From assembly GCA_963716525.1 (NCBI GenBank), contig OY970315.1, forward strand, positions 3,996,682 to 4,060,681: DNA of 64,000 bases, given 5' to 3'. The notes beneath the pieces were generated by a model. It did no database searches, was not told where the DNA came from, and worked only from the letters and a program-made list of their open reading frames with translations. Each line of letters begins with the position of its first letter. The stretch's first letter is position 1. The translations under genes were made by a program, and so were the position numbers. Below are positions 49,498 to 57,932 of this stretch, in pieces. Origin of the DNA: an uncultured Actinomycetes bacterium (lineage in GTDB: Bacteria; Actinomycetota; Acidimicrobiia; IMCC26256; PALSA-610).

Positions 49498-49597
49498 CGC
49501 GCGCACCTCCTCGTGGGCTCGGACTCGGGTTCTTGGCTTGTGGTGCCGGCGGCGGCCGGCGTCCTGGCTCGGGTTCGCGGCTGCCGGCGCAGCGCCG

Positions 49598-49626
49598 ACA
49601 ACAAAGAACGTGGGCACAAGGCCCAC
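49598..49626 (-). terminator. candidate intrinsic terminator downstream of the sulfotransferase gene
   Basis: Minus strand reads GTGGGC-CTTGT-GCCCAC followed by GTTCTTTGTTGT, a U-rich tail that is unusual in this GC-rich DNA. Lies 85 nt after the stop at 49711 and upstream of rimP. Confidence 0.5.
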
Positions 49627-49710
49627 GTCCGCCAGCGGTACGACCCGCAACCAGGGACTCGAACGGGCTCTAAGAGTACCAGAGGAGCGCCGAAATTGCC
49701 CGCGCCGTGG

Positions 49711-50739
49711 CTACTTGCCGAGGCGCCGTTTCACCATCGTGAACGGGTTGCCGATCTGGCGGGCGTTCATCACACCGGCCACACCCAGCTTCACCGGCAA
49801 CGCGCCGTACCAGCCGAGCTTGCCGAGCAACGCGTCGCCGGGCGCGGCGGGCGCGTAGCCGTGGCGCTGCATGGCGTCGCCCGCGACCGCCTCGCACATC
49901 GCGATCTCGGCGTTCGACAGCCCACCCCGGGTTCGCCACGCTTCGGCCACGTCGCCGCGCAGACCGCGCGCACCGGGTTCGTCGGACGCGAGCGACGAGC
50001 TCTCCTGGGGCACATCGAGCATCTCGGGCGTGAACTCGACGCCGCAGTGCGCGGCCACCGCCGCCACCTGGCGCTCGGGCTCGCCGAGGAGGTCCTCGAA
50101 CCGGACCGTGAGGAGCCGGCGGTCGTCGACCGCGTCGGCCGCGTCGACTGCGCCCTTCCAGATGCGGGCGGTCACGAGCGGGTGGTAGTTCGACCAGCTG
50201 CGCACGACCTCCGAGCGGGGAAGCGCCGACTCGCCGAGCGAGCGGCGGCGCCACTTGTTCTTCTGCGAGAGCAGAACGGCACGGGGGTCGCGCACCATGT
50301 TGACGATGCGGGCGTCGGGGAACGCACGCAGGATGTCGCGGATGTAGAACACGTTCCGTGGTGTCTGGTCGCAGGCGATCTCGCCGCCCCGCCGGCGGGC
50401 GTCGACCGCGAGGAACTCGCCGTAGACCGCGAGCGGCGACACGCGGCCGCTGCCGTTGACGACGCCCACGATCTGCTCGGCTTCGTTGCGGAAGTCGCTC
50501 GCCGTGCCCTGCCGGTAGAAGAGGCCCTTGTGCTGGGTGTGCACGAGGCGCGCCGCGAGCTCGACGGCATCGTCGTGCGAGAGCGTGTCGGGATCGCTGC
50601 CCGGCGTGTAGAGGCGCTCGAAGAAGTGCACCTCGGCGAGTGCGCGTACCGGGCCGCTGCGGCTGACGACGCGGCTCATCAGCGTGGTGCCGCTACGGCT
50701 CGCGCCGACGACGAAGATCGGCCCGATCACGTGGGTCAC
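49711..50739 (-). CDS. sulfotransferase family protein
   Basis: 5'-PSB-like loop FVVGASRSGTTLMS and 3'-PB-like IVNMVRDPRAVLLS. The GTG start is at 50739 or 50730. Confidence 0.8.
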   Translation of the reverse strand: MTHVIGPIFVVGASRSGTTLMSRVVSRSGPVRALAEVHFFERLYTPGSDPDTLSHDDAVELAARLVHTQHKGLFYRQGTASDFRNEAEQIVGVVNGSGRVSPLAVYGEFLAVDARRRGGEIACDQTPRNVFYIRDILRAFPDARIVNMVRDPRAVLLSQKNKWRRRSLGESALPRSEVVRSWSNYHPLVTARIWKGAVDAADAVDDRRLLTVRFEDLLGEPERQVAAVAAHCGVEFTPEMLDVPQESSSLASDEPGARGLRGDVAEAWRTRGGLSNAEIAMCEAVAGDAMQRHGYAPAAPGDALLGKLGWYGALPVKLGVAGVMNARQIGNPFTMVKRRLGK

Positions 50740-50780
50740 GCTATGTGTGATCGGCAGCCTCCCGACCCGCTTCACCCCCA

Positions 50781-50824
50781 CATGCGTCGTTTGGGTACCA
50801 AATAGCGGTCCCAAACGACGCATG
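50781..50824 (-). repeat. 44-bp hairpin repeat, copy 3 (loop in opposite orientation)
   Basis: CATGCGTCGTTTGGG-TACCAAATAGCGGT-CCCAAACGACGCATG. Intergenic, between the ligase stop and the sulfotransferase start. Confidence 0.95.
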
Positions 50825-50833
50825 GTGCGCCGA

Positions 50834-50916
50834 GGGGGGCGCCGCCGCCGGGGGGCGCCGCCGCAGGGGTGTGGCGCCGCAGGGGTGTGGCGCAGCGGCG
50901 GGGCGGGGCGGCGGGG
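50834..50916. repeat. G-rich tandem duplications adjoining hairpin copy 3
   Basis: ggggggcgccgccgc(c) x2, then aggggtgtggcgc(cgc) x2, then gcggggcggggcggcgggg. Ends at the ligase stop codon. Confidence 0.85.
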
Positions 50917-50917
50917 C

Positions 50918-51991
50918 TCAGGCGCGGAACAGGGCCCGCAGCTCGGCCGGGGGGACCACCTCGAGCTGGTCATAGCGGCACGACGACGGGTCGCGGTCGT
51001 CACGCCAGCGCTTGAAGTGTGCGTTGTGCCGGAACCGACCGTTCGTCAGACCTTGATAGTCGACCTCGACGACCCGCTCCACCCGCAGCGGCTCCCACGA
51101 GAGGTCCTTCGTCGCGTTCCAGCGCGACACGTTGCCGGGCGCGCGCCCCGGCGTGACGTGCTCCGCGGCGAGCTCCACCCACTGCCGCCAGGGGTGATCC
51201 TCGAGCGCGTGCTCGCGCAGCGGCGCGACGTCACCGAGCAGCTGCTCACGCACCTTGGCGCTCATGCCCGACGCCACCCCGACGTGTTGCAGCACTCCCG
51301 AGCCGTCGTAGAGGCCGAGCAGGAGCGACCCGACGCCGTTGCCGTCCTTGTGCATGCGAAAGCCCGCGACCGCGCAGTCGCAGGTGCGCTCGTGCTTGAT
51401 CTTGACGAGCGTGCGCTGCCCCGGCGCGTACGGATCGCGCACCGGCTTGGCGATCACACCGTCGAAACCCGCGCCCTCGAAGCTGTCGAACCAGGCGCGC
51501 GCGGTGACGGGGTCGCGCGTTGCCGGCGTGAGCAGCAGCGGCGGGCGCGGCCCCTCCAGCAGCTGCTCGAGGCGGGCGCGGCGTTCCTCCATCGCGGTCG
51601 GCAGCAGCGACTCGTCACCCACGGCCAGCAGGTCGAAGGCCACGTAGCACGCGGGGATCTCCACGCTCAGCTTGCGGACTCGCGATTCCGCGGGATGCTG
51701 GCGCAGCTGCAGCACGTCGAAGTCGAGTCCGCCGTGCACGCCGACCACCACGAGCTCCCCGTCGAGCACGCAGCGATCGGGCAGCTGTGAGAGCAGCGGG
51801 TCGCGCAGCTCGGGGAAGTAGCGCAGCAACGGCTTCTGGTTCCGGCTCTGCAGATCGAGCTCGTCGCCGTCGCGGAACACCACGCACCGGAAGCCGTCCC
51901 ACTTCGGCTCGAAGATGAAGCCGTCGCCGTCGGGCACCTCGCGAGTGAGCTTCGCGAGCATCGGCTCGAACGGCGGGCGCACCGGGAGCAT
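50918..51991 (-). CDS. ATP-dependent DNA ligase (minimal LigC-type: adenylation + OB domains)
   Basis: Motif I EPKWDGFR (KxDG), plus [21 protein letters not shown] and LVKIKHERT motifs. Start at [15 protein letters not shown]. Confidence 0.85.
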   Translation of the reverse strand: MLPVRPPFEPMLAKLTREVPDGDGFIFEPKWDGFRCVVFRDGDELDLQSRNQKPLLRYFPELRDPLLSQLPDRCVLDGELVVVGVHGGLDFDVLQLRQHPAESRVRKLSVEIPACYVAFDLLAVGDESLLPTAMEERRARLEQLLEGPRPPLLLTPATRDPVTARAWFDSFEGAGFDGVIAKPVRDPYAPGQRTLVKIKHERTCDCAVAGFRMHKDGNGVGSLLLGLYDGSGVLQHVGVASGMSAKVREQLLGDVAPLREHALEDHPWRQWVELAAEHVTPGRAPGNVSRWNATKDLSWEPLRVERVVEVDYQGLTNGRFRHNAHFKRWRDDRDPSSCRYDQLEVVPPAELRALFRA

Positions 51992-52968
51992 GGCGGCGCT
52001 CCTACACGCCGCTGATCGCGGCAATGCAGGCGGCGACCAACCCGTCGAGCGCGAGCTCGTCGCGCACGCCGCTGGCGCGGTCCTTGCGCTCGGCCACACC
52101 CCGCGCCAGACCCTTCGCGCCGATCGTGAGCTGCAACGGCACGCCCACGAGGTCGGCGTCGGCGAACTTCACACCCGGGCTCGCGTCGCGGTCGTCGTAA
52201 AGCACCTCTATGCCCGCCTCCACGAGGCCTGCGTACACGCGGTCGGCGGCAGCACGCACGTCGTGGGCCGTCGCGCCCTTGCCGGCCAGCGCCACGAGAT
52301 GCACGCGGTACGGCGCGACGGCGGCCGGCCAGGCGATGCCGACGTCGTCGTGATGCTGCTCCACGATCGAGGCGACGATGCGTGACACGCCGATGCCGTA
52401 GGTGCCCATCACCATCGGATGGCTCTCGCCGTGCTCGTCGGTGTAGTGCGCGCCGAGCGCTTTCGAGTACTTCGTGCCGATCTGGAACACCTGGCCGACC
52501 TCGATGCCGCGGTCGACCGATAGCTCGGATCCGCAGCTCGGGCACGCGTCGCCGGAGCGGATCACCACGAGGTCGGCCCACACGTCGACGTCGAAGTCGC
52601 GGCCGAGCCACGCCCCGCGCACGTGGTGGTCGACCTCGTTCGCGCCGGTCACCCATTCGTGGGGCACGCCCACGGCCGGGTCGGCCACCACGAGGCGCAC
52701 CGACGGGTGGTTCGGCCCGATGTAGCCCTTCGGCAGCTCGGGGTGCGCGGCGAAGTCGTCGTCGGTGTAGAGGCGGACCTTGCGTGGGGCGACGGCACGG
52801 GCGAGCGCGACCTCGTTGACCTCGCGGTCGCCGGGCACGAGCGCGAGGCCGAGCTCGCCGTCGGCGTCGAAGGCGATGCACTTCAGCGTGCGCGACTCCT
52901 CCACCGCGAGGTGCCGCGCCACCGCGGTGATGCCCGGCATCCCCGGCGTGTGCACCCTCTCCACCGCG

Positions 52969-53012
52969 CATGCGTCGTTTGGGACCGCTATTTGGTACCC
53001 AAACGACGCATG
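52969..53012 (+). repeat. 44-bp hairpin repeat, copy 4, located inside the proS reading frame
   Basis: Identical core, flanked by additional palindromic gcg/cgc. Translated in the proS frame as [15 protein letters not shown], with no stop. Confidence 0.95.
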
Positions 53013-53013
53013 C

Positions 53014-53049
53014 GCGGCCGGGGCGGCCGGGGCGGCCGGGGCGGCGCGG
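53014..53049. repeat. 4 x 9-bp tandem repeat (gcggccggg) adjoining hairpin copy 4 inside proS
   Basis: Read directly from the sequence. Encodes [11 protein letters not shown] in the proS frame. Confidence 0.9.
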
Positions 53050-53798
53050 GTGGCGACCTCGACGTTGGCGGCGTAGTCGCAGCTCGGGCACCACACGAAG
53101 TCGTCCTCGCCCACCTCGGCCACCGCCATGAACTCGTGGTTCACGTCGCCACCGATCTCGCCGGCCTCCCCCTCGACGGCGCGGAACACCAAACCGCAAC
53201 GTTCGAACACCCGCGAGTACCGCGTCGTACATGCGCTGGTAGGTGACGAGCAGGCTCTCGTGGTCGGGATGGAAGCTGTACGCGTCCTTCATCAGGAACT
53301 CGCGGCCGCGCAGCAGGCCGAAACGGGGCCGCACCTCGTCGCGGTACTTCCAGTTGATCTGGTACAGGTTCACCGGCAGGTCGCGGTAGCTCGTGTACTC
53401 GTTCGCGACCGTCGCGGTGATCACCTCCTCGGCCGTCGGCACGAGCGCGAAGCCGGTCTCCTTGCGGTCCTCGAACCGGAACATCGTGGGGCCGTACGCC
53501 TTGTCGCGCCCGCTGCGTTGCCAGAGCTCGAGCGGCTGCGGGATCGGCAGGATCACCTCCTGGGCGCCTACCGCGTCCATCTCCTCCCGGACGATGCCCT
53601 CCACCTTGCGCAACACACGCCGGCCGAGCGGCAGCCACGAGTAGATCCCCGCCGCCACCTTGCGGATGTAGCCGGCCCGCACGAGCAGGCGGTGGCTGTC
53701 GACGTCGGCGTCGGCCGGGTCGTCGCGCAGCGTGCGCAGGAACAGCTCGGACATCCGCATAGGGCCCGGAGGCTAGACACGGGCGGGCCCCCTGAAAG

Positions 53799-53815
53799 CT
53801 GACTCATACAGTCAG
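53799..53815. promoter_or_regulatory. inverted repeat CTGACT-catac-AGTCAG in the AT-richer proS/sir divergent promoter region (candidate operator)
   Basis: Perfect 6-bp arms, with a third CTGAC half-site at 53824..53828. The local sequence ctgaaagctgactcatacagtcagaaaaattcctgacc is far below the window GC. Confidence 0.25.
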
Positions 53816-54041
53816 AAAAATTCCTGACCAAAGAGGTGGCATTTCGGGCCCGACCGGAGTACCGTGCCCCGCATGAGCCACGTGCTGCGTGTGACCGGGG
53901 CACCGTCGATCGCGATGGGCCGCACACCGCACGAGGTCCGCGACGAGCTCTGTCGCCCTGAAATCGCTTCCCGCTGAGCCGTAACGGCTCGGCGGCACTG
54001 CTCCCTTTCTTTCCGTACCGACCTCGATCGAGGAGGCGCGC

Positions 54042-55831
54042 GTGGCCATCGACGTGCGTGAGCTACAGACCCGAAGCCTGCCCCCCGACATCGCCGAGGA
54101 GCTCGACCGCTACGAGCAGACCGTCGCCGAGTACCTCGCGGGCGACGTCGACGAGGACGTCTTTCGCGTCTTCCGCCTGAACAACGGCATCTACGGCCAG
54201 CGCCAGGGCGGCCACAACCAGATGGTCCGGGTCAAGGTGCCGTACGGCAAGGTCACGCCCGAACAGCTCGAGGTGCTCGGCTTCGTCTCCGAGCACTTCA
54301 GCCGCGGTTGGGGCCACCTCACCACGCGCCAGAACGTGCAGTTCCACTTCGTCGAGCTCGAGAAGACGCCTGAAGTGGTGCGCCTGCTCGCGAGCTGCGG
54401 TCTCACCACCCGCGAGGCGTGCGGCGACACGGTGCGCAACGTCGTCGGCTGCCATCTCGCCGGCGCGTGCCCGCACGAGGTGCTCGACATCTCGCCGTGG
54501 GCCGAGGCGGCGGCGCGCACGTTGTTGCGCCACCCGTACGCGCAGCGGTTACCCCGCAAGTTCAAGATCAACTTCTCGGGCTGCGCCACCGACTGCGGCC
54601 AGGCGATGTTCAACGACGTCGGCGTGATCGCGGTGAACCGCACGCACGACGACGGCACCGTCGAAGCCGGGTTCAAGGTCGTGATCGCCGGCGGGCTCGG
54701 CGCCAACCCGCACCCGGCGCTCGCGCTCGAGGAGTTCACGAGCCGAGACGACCTGATGCCCACGATCGAGGCGTGCCTGCGCACGTTCGACCACTACGGC
54801 AACCGCGACAACAAGCTGCGCGCCCGCATGAAGTGGCTCGTCGACACGATGGGCATCGACGAGCTCCGTGAGCGCATCTTCAAGGAGCGCAAGTTCCTGC
54901 GCGGCTCGGTCAGCTGGCCCGGCGGGGTGCCGCAGACGGTGCGCGAGCGCGGCGATGCGCCCGCCGGCACCGGCGCCGGTCCGGTCAGCGGCACACCGGG
55001 CGGCGAGACGGTGGTGCGCCTGCCGCGCGCGACCCCTACGAGCGCTGGGCCGAAGCCAACGTGGTGCGCGGTGTGGCGAACGGCACGGTGAGCGCGTACG
55101 CGTCATGCGAGCTCGGCGACATCACCACCGAGCAGTTCGACGGGCTCGCCGAGATCCAGCGCGACTTCAACCTCGATGTGCGCATCACGAGTCGCCAGAA
55201 CTTCGCGTTCCGCGACCTCACCGAAGGCGACCTGCGCCGCGCTCTACGAACGCCTCGACGCAATCGGCATGGCCCGTCCGGGCGCCGAGCTCGCCGCGAC
55301 GTGGTGGCCTGCCCCGGCGCCGACACGTGCAACCTCGCGGTCACCCAGTCGCGTGGGCTCGCCTCGGCGATCGGCGAGGCGCTCGAGGACGCGGGTCTGT
55401 CCGACGTCGGCGGCGTGCGCGTCAACATCAGCGGCTGCACGAACAGCTGCGGCCAGCACCACATCTCCGACATCGGCTTCTTCGGCCTGGAACGGCGAGC
55501 GCACGGCCAGGCCGCGCCCGGCTACCAGATGCTGCTCGGCGGCCATCTCGGCGACGAGCAGGTGGAGTTCGGCGACAAGGCCACCAAGCTCCCGGCCAGG
55601 AACGCGCCGGAGGCCGTCGTGCGCGTCGTCCGGCGCTTCGCCGACGAGCGCAACGCAGGTGAGGCGTTCAGTGGTTGGCTGGAGCGCAGCGGCGGCGCGG
55701 CCGGAGTGGGTTCGGCCCTCCGCGAGCTCGACGAGTTCCCCGAACCCGAGGTGAGCCCCGAGTTCTATGTCGACTACGGCGAGACCGGCCCCTACGTCAA
55801 GGAGATCGGCGAGAGCGAGTGCGCGACGTGA
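54042..55831 (+). pseudogene. sir: assimilatory sulfite reductase (ferredoxin-type, NirA/SirA family), three 1-nt frameshifts
   Basis: N half is ORF 54042..55091 (NNGIYGQRQ..., TTRQNVQFH, TTREACGDTVRNV). It continues as DPYERWAEANVVRGV... in frame 55061. A short excursion into frame 55176 follows (ALYERLDAIGMARPGAELA). It then returns to DVVACPGADTCNLAVTQSRGL...SGCTNSCGQHHISDIGF (siroheme/4Fe-4S Cys motifs). Confidence 0.85.
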
Positions 55832-56553
55832 TGGCCGCGTCGAGCACGCTCACCTCCGCCACCGGTCTGGCCGTCCCCCGGTCCGACGTCGATCTCGAGG
55901 AGCTCGCACGCGTGTCCGCGGAGCTCGAGCACAAGCCGGCCGCCGCCGCGATCCGCTGGGCGTGGGAACGCTACGGCACCGGCATCTTCGTGGCCGCGAG
56001 CTTCCAGGACTCCGTGCTCGTCGACGTGGCGGTGCGCGAGGTGCCCGAGATCGAAGTGGTGTTCCTCGACACGCAGTTCCATTTCGCCGAGACGCTCTGG
56101 TACGTGGAACGGGTCCGCGATCGCTACGACCTCAACCTCACCGTCATGCAGCCGCTCGCGGAGCCCGACGATCTCTGGCAGGTCGATCAGAACGAGTGCT
56201 GCGCGATCCGCAAGGTCGAGCCGCTCGCCCGCGCGCTCGAAGGCCGCGAGGCGTGGATCACGGGGCTGCGCCGCAGCGAGGCGCCCACCCGCGCCAAGTC
56301 GCCGATCGTGCACCTCGACCTCGGCCGCGGCGTGGTGAAGGTGAACCCGCTCGCGTCGTGGACCGATCTGGACGTTGAGGGCTACGTCGCCGACCACGAG
56401 CTGGACGAGCATCCGTTGAAGCGCCGGGGCTACCCGTCGATCGGCTGCTGGCCGTGCACGCGGCCGGTGCGGGACGGCGAGGACGCGCGTGCAGGGCGCT
56501 GGTCGGGCACCGGCAAGACCGAATGTGGCTTGCACGGCTGGCCCGAACCCTGA
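55828..56553 (+). CDS. cysH: adenylyl-sulfate (APS) reductase, thioredoxin-dependent, Fe-S type CysH
   Basis: PAPS-reductase fold (ASFQDSVLVD, ITGLRRSE) plus the Fe-S cysteine pairs ECCAIRKVEPL and SIGCWPCTRPV that mark APS-specific enzymes. The start overlaps the sir stop. Confidence 0.9.
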   Translation: MMAASSTLTSATGLAVPRSDVDLEELARVSAELEHKPAAAAIRWAWERYGTGIFVAASFQDSVLVDVAVREVPEIEVVFLDTQFHFAETLWYVERVRDRYDLNLTVMQPLAEPDDLWQVDQNECCAIRKVEPLARALEGREAWITGLRRSEAPTRAKSPIVHLDLGRGVVKVNPLASWTDLDVEGYVADHELDEHPLKRRGYPSIGCWPCTRPVRDGEDARAGRWSGTGKTECGLHGWPEP

Positions 56554-57452
56554 CCTAACGCGGGCCGCGCAGCACGGTGAGACCGACGCGCGCGCCGAGT
56601 CGCGCGCGCTTCAGCAACGAGAGGTCCGGTCCGCGCACGGCCATCCGCCGCGAACTGGGCCGCACCGCGCCGGTCACCGCGTTGCGACAGGCGGCGCACG
56701 AGCGCGGAGCACGCGACCGCATCACCATGCGCACCCTGGGCTTCCAGTGCCGGCAGGTGACGCTCGAGCACGTCGAGGTGCGCCTCCCACTGGGCGACGG
56801 AGTTCGAGCTGAGGCTGTCGGACCGCAGGCGGTACCAACCGAGCGCGTCCTCGACGAAGCCGACGCGCTCGCCACCGAGCATGAACCGGATCCAGAGGTC
56901 GTAGTCCTCGGCGCGGCGTTGCGATTCGTCGAACGCGCCGTAGCGGTCGAAGAGCACGCGCCTGATCACCGCGCCCACGAAGATGAAGTTGCGCCGGGCG
57001 ATCTCGTCGAGTTGGTGGTCGGGTGCGATCGTGCCGTCGGCATAGTCGTAGTACCGGCGATCGGTGCGGACACCGTGCTCGAGCAGGTAGGTGTCCGACG
57101 TCACCCAGCCGAGCGACGGTTCGTCGAGCAGCTTGGCGATACAACGATCGAGCCGGTCGGGCATCCACACGTCGTCGCCGTCGAGCAGCGCCACGAGTGC
57201 GCCGCGCGACGCGGCCAGACCGCTGTTGCGCGCACCGGCGAGACCGCGGTTGGCCTGCTCCACGTAGACGACCTCCGGTTCGGACAGATACGGAGCGACC
57301 GCGTCGTGCGTGCCGTCAGTGGAGCCGTCGTTCACGATGACGACCTCGAGCGGCCGGTACGTCTGCGCCAGTGCCGATTCGACCGCCTCACCGATGTACC
57401 GCTCGACGTTGAAGGCCGGAATCAGTACCGAGCACAGCGGTCGGTCAGCCAT
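56430..57452 (-). CDS. family 2 glycosyltransferase (3' end uncertain)
   Basis: SVLIPAFNVERYIGEAVESALAQTYRPLEVVIVNDGSTDGT and DGDD (DxD). As read, the ORF overlaps cysH by 124 nt. An alternative frame ends at 56555 (...LLKRARLGARVGLTVLRGPR), which would require one more indel near 56620-56640. Confidence 0.75.
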   Translation of the reverse strand: MADRPLCSVLIPAFNVERYIGEAVESALAQTYRPLEVVIVNDGSTDGTHDAVAPYLSEPEVVYVEQANRGLAGARNSGLAASRGALVALLDGDDVWMPDRLDRCIAKLLDEPSLGWVTSDTYLLEHGVRTDRRYYDYADGTIAPDHQLDEIARRNFIFVGAVIRRVLFDRYGAFDESQRRAEDYDLWIRFMLGGERVGFVEDALGWYRLRSDSLSSNSVAQWEAHLDVLERHLPALEAQGAHGDAVACSALVRRLSQRGDRRGAAQFAADGRARTGPLVAEARATRRARRSHRAARPALGQGSGQPCKPHSVLPVPDQRPARASSPSRTGRVHGQQPIDG

Positions 57453-57651
57453 GGCGCACTCGTGTGACAGCGAAGCCCGCGTGGGCAGCCATGGGGACCA
57501 TTTCCTCTGACATGAACCGGAACGAGATCGCGCTGCTCGCGGGCCGCTGCGTTGCGCCGCACGATACCGGCCGGCCCGCGGCGCAGCGGTCACCGCGAGG
57601 CACGGATCGCGCCGTGCGAGCCCGGCGATCGAGTGTCGCGTTCAGCGCGGG

Positions 57652-57932
57652 CGCCGGGCTGCCGATCAGAAGGTGCCGCGCACCGCTCGGGTGTCCGCTT
57701 CGCGGCAATCTGAACGGGACCATCGAACTACCATGACCGCGCTCTCCAGCCTCCCCCCACGCCCCCACGCCCGCACGAGCCCGGCCGCCGGGGGTCGCGT
57801 GCGACGCGGCCGCCGGGCTGCCGATCAGAAGGCGCCACGCACCGGCCGGTGTCCGCTTCGCGGCAATCTGAACGGGACCATCGAACTACCATGACCGCGC
57901 TCTCCAGCCTTCCCCCACGCCCCCACGAGCCC
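57652..57932 (+). repeat. tandem duplication (period about 158 bp, about 125 bp conserved) of the cysD leader, start codon and first 14 codons
   Basis: The two copies are cgccgggctgccgatcagaagg...gtccgcttcgcggcaatctgaacgggaccatcgaactaccATGaccgcgctctccagcct.cccccacgcccccacg. The ATGs are at 57733 and 57891, with only a few substitutions and one indel between copies. Confidence 0.9.

Larger units (their letters stand above)
52002..53760 (-). pseudogene. proS: proline--tRNA ligase (bacterial type with INS editing domain). 1-nt frameshift at about 53220, and an in-frame hairpin-repeat insertion.
   Basis: N-part from ATG 53760 ([35 protein letters not shown]...YQRMYDA). The expected [10 protein letters not shown] continues in the frame of ORF 52002..53210. 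An extra C in gtaCCgcg explains the shift. The C-part reaches the canonical anticodon-binding end. Confidence 0.9.

Noticed and set aside
49640-49685. tRNA-like signal (ccagggactcgaacgggctc resembles a T-arm/acceptor on the minus strand)
   Set aside because: I could not fold a cloverleaf. No matching acceptor stem, D-arm or anticodon arm is present in the neighbouring 90 nt. The region lies in the sulfotransferase-rimP spacer next to a terminator-like hairpin.
53873-54041. SAM or other sulfur-related riboswitch in the sir leader
   Set aside because: I could not match the leader to the SAM-I or SAM-IV consensus elements I remember. Without an Rfam scan, this remains only a structured leader.
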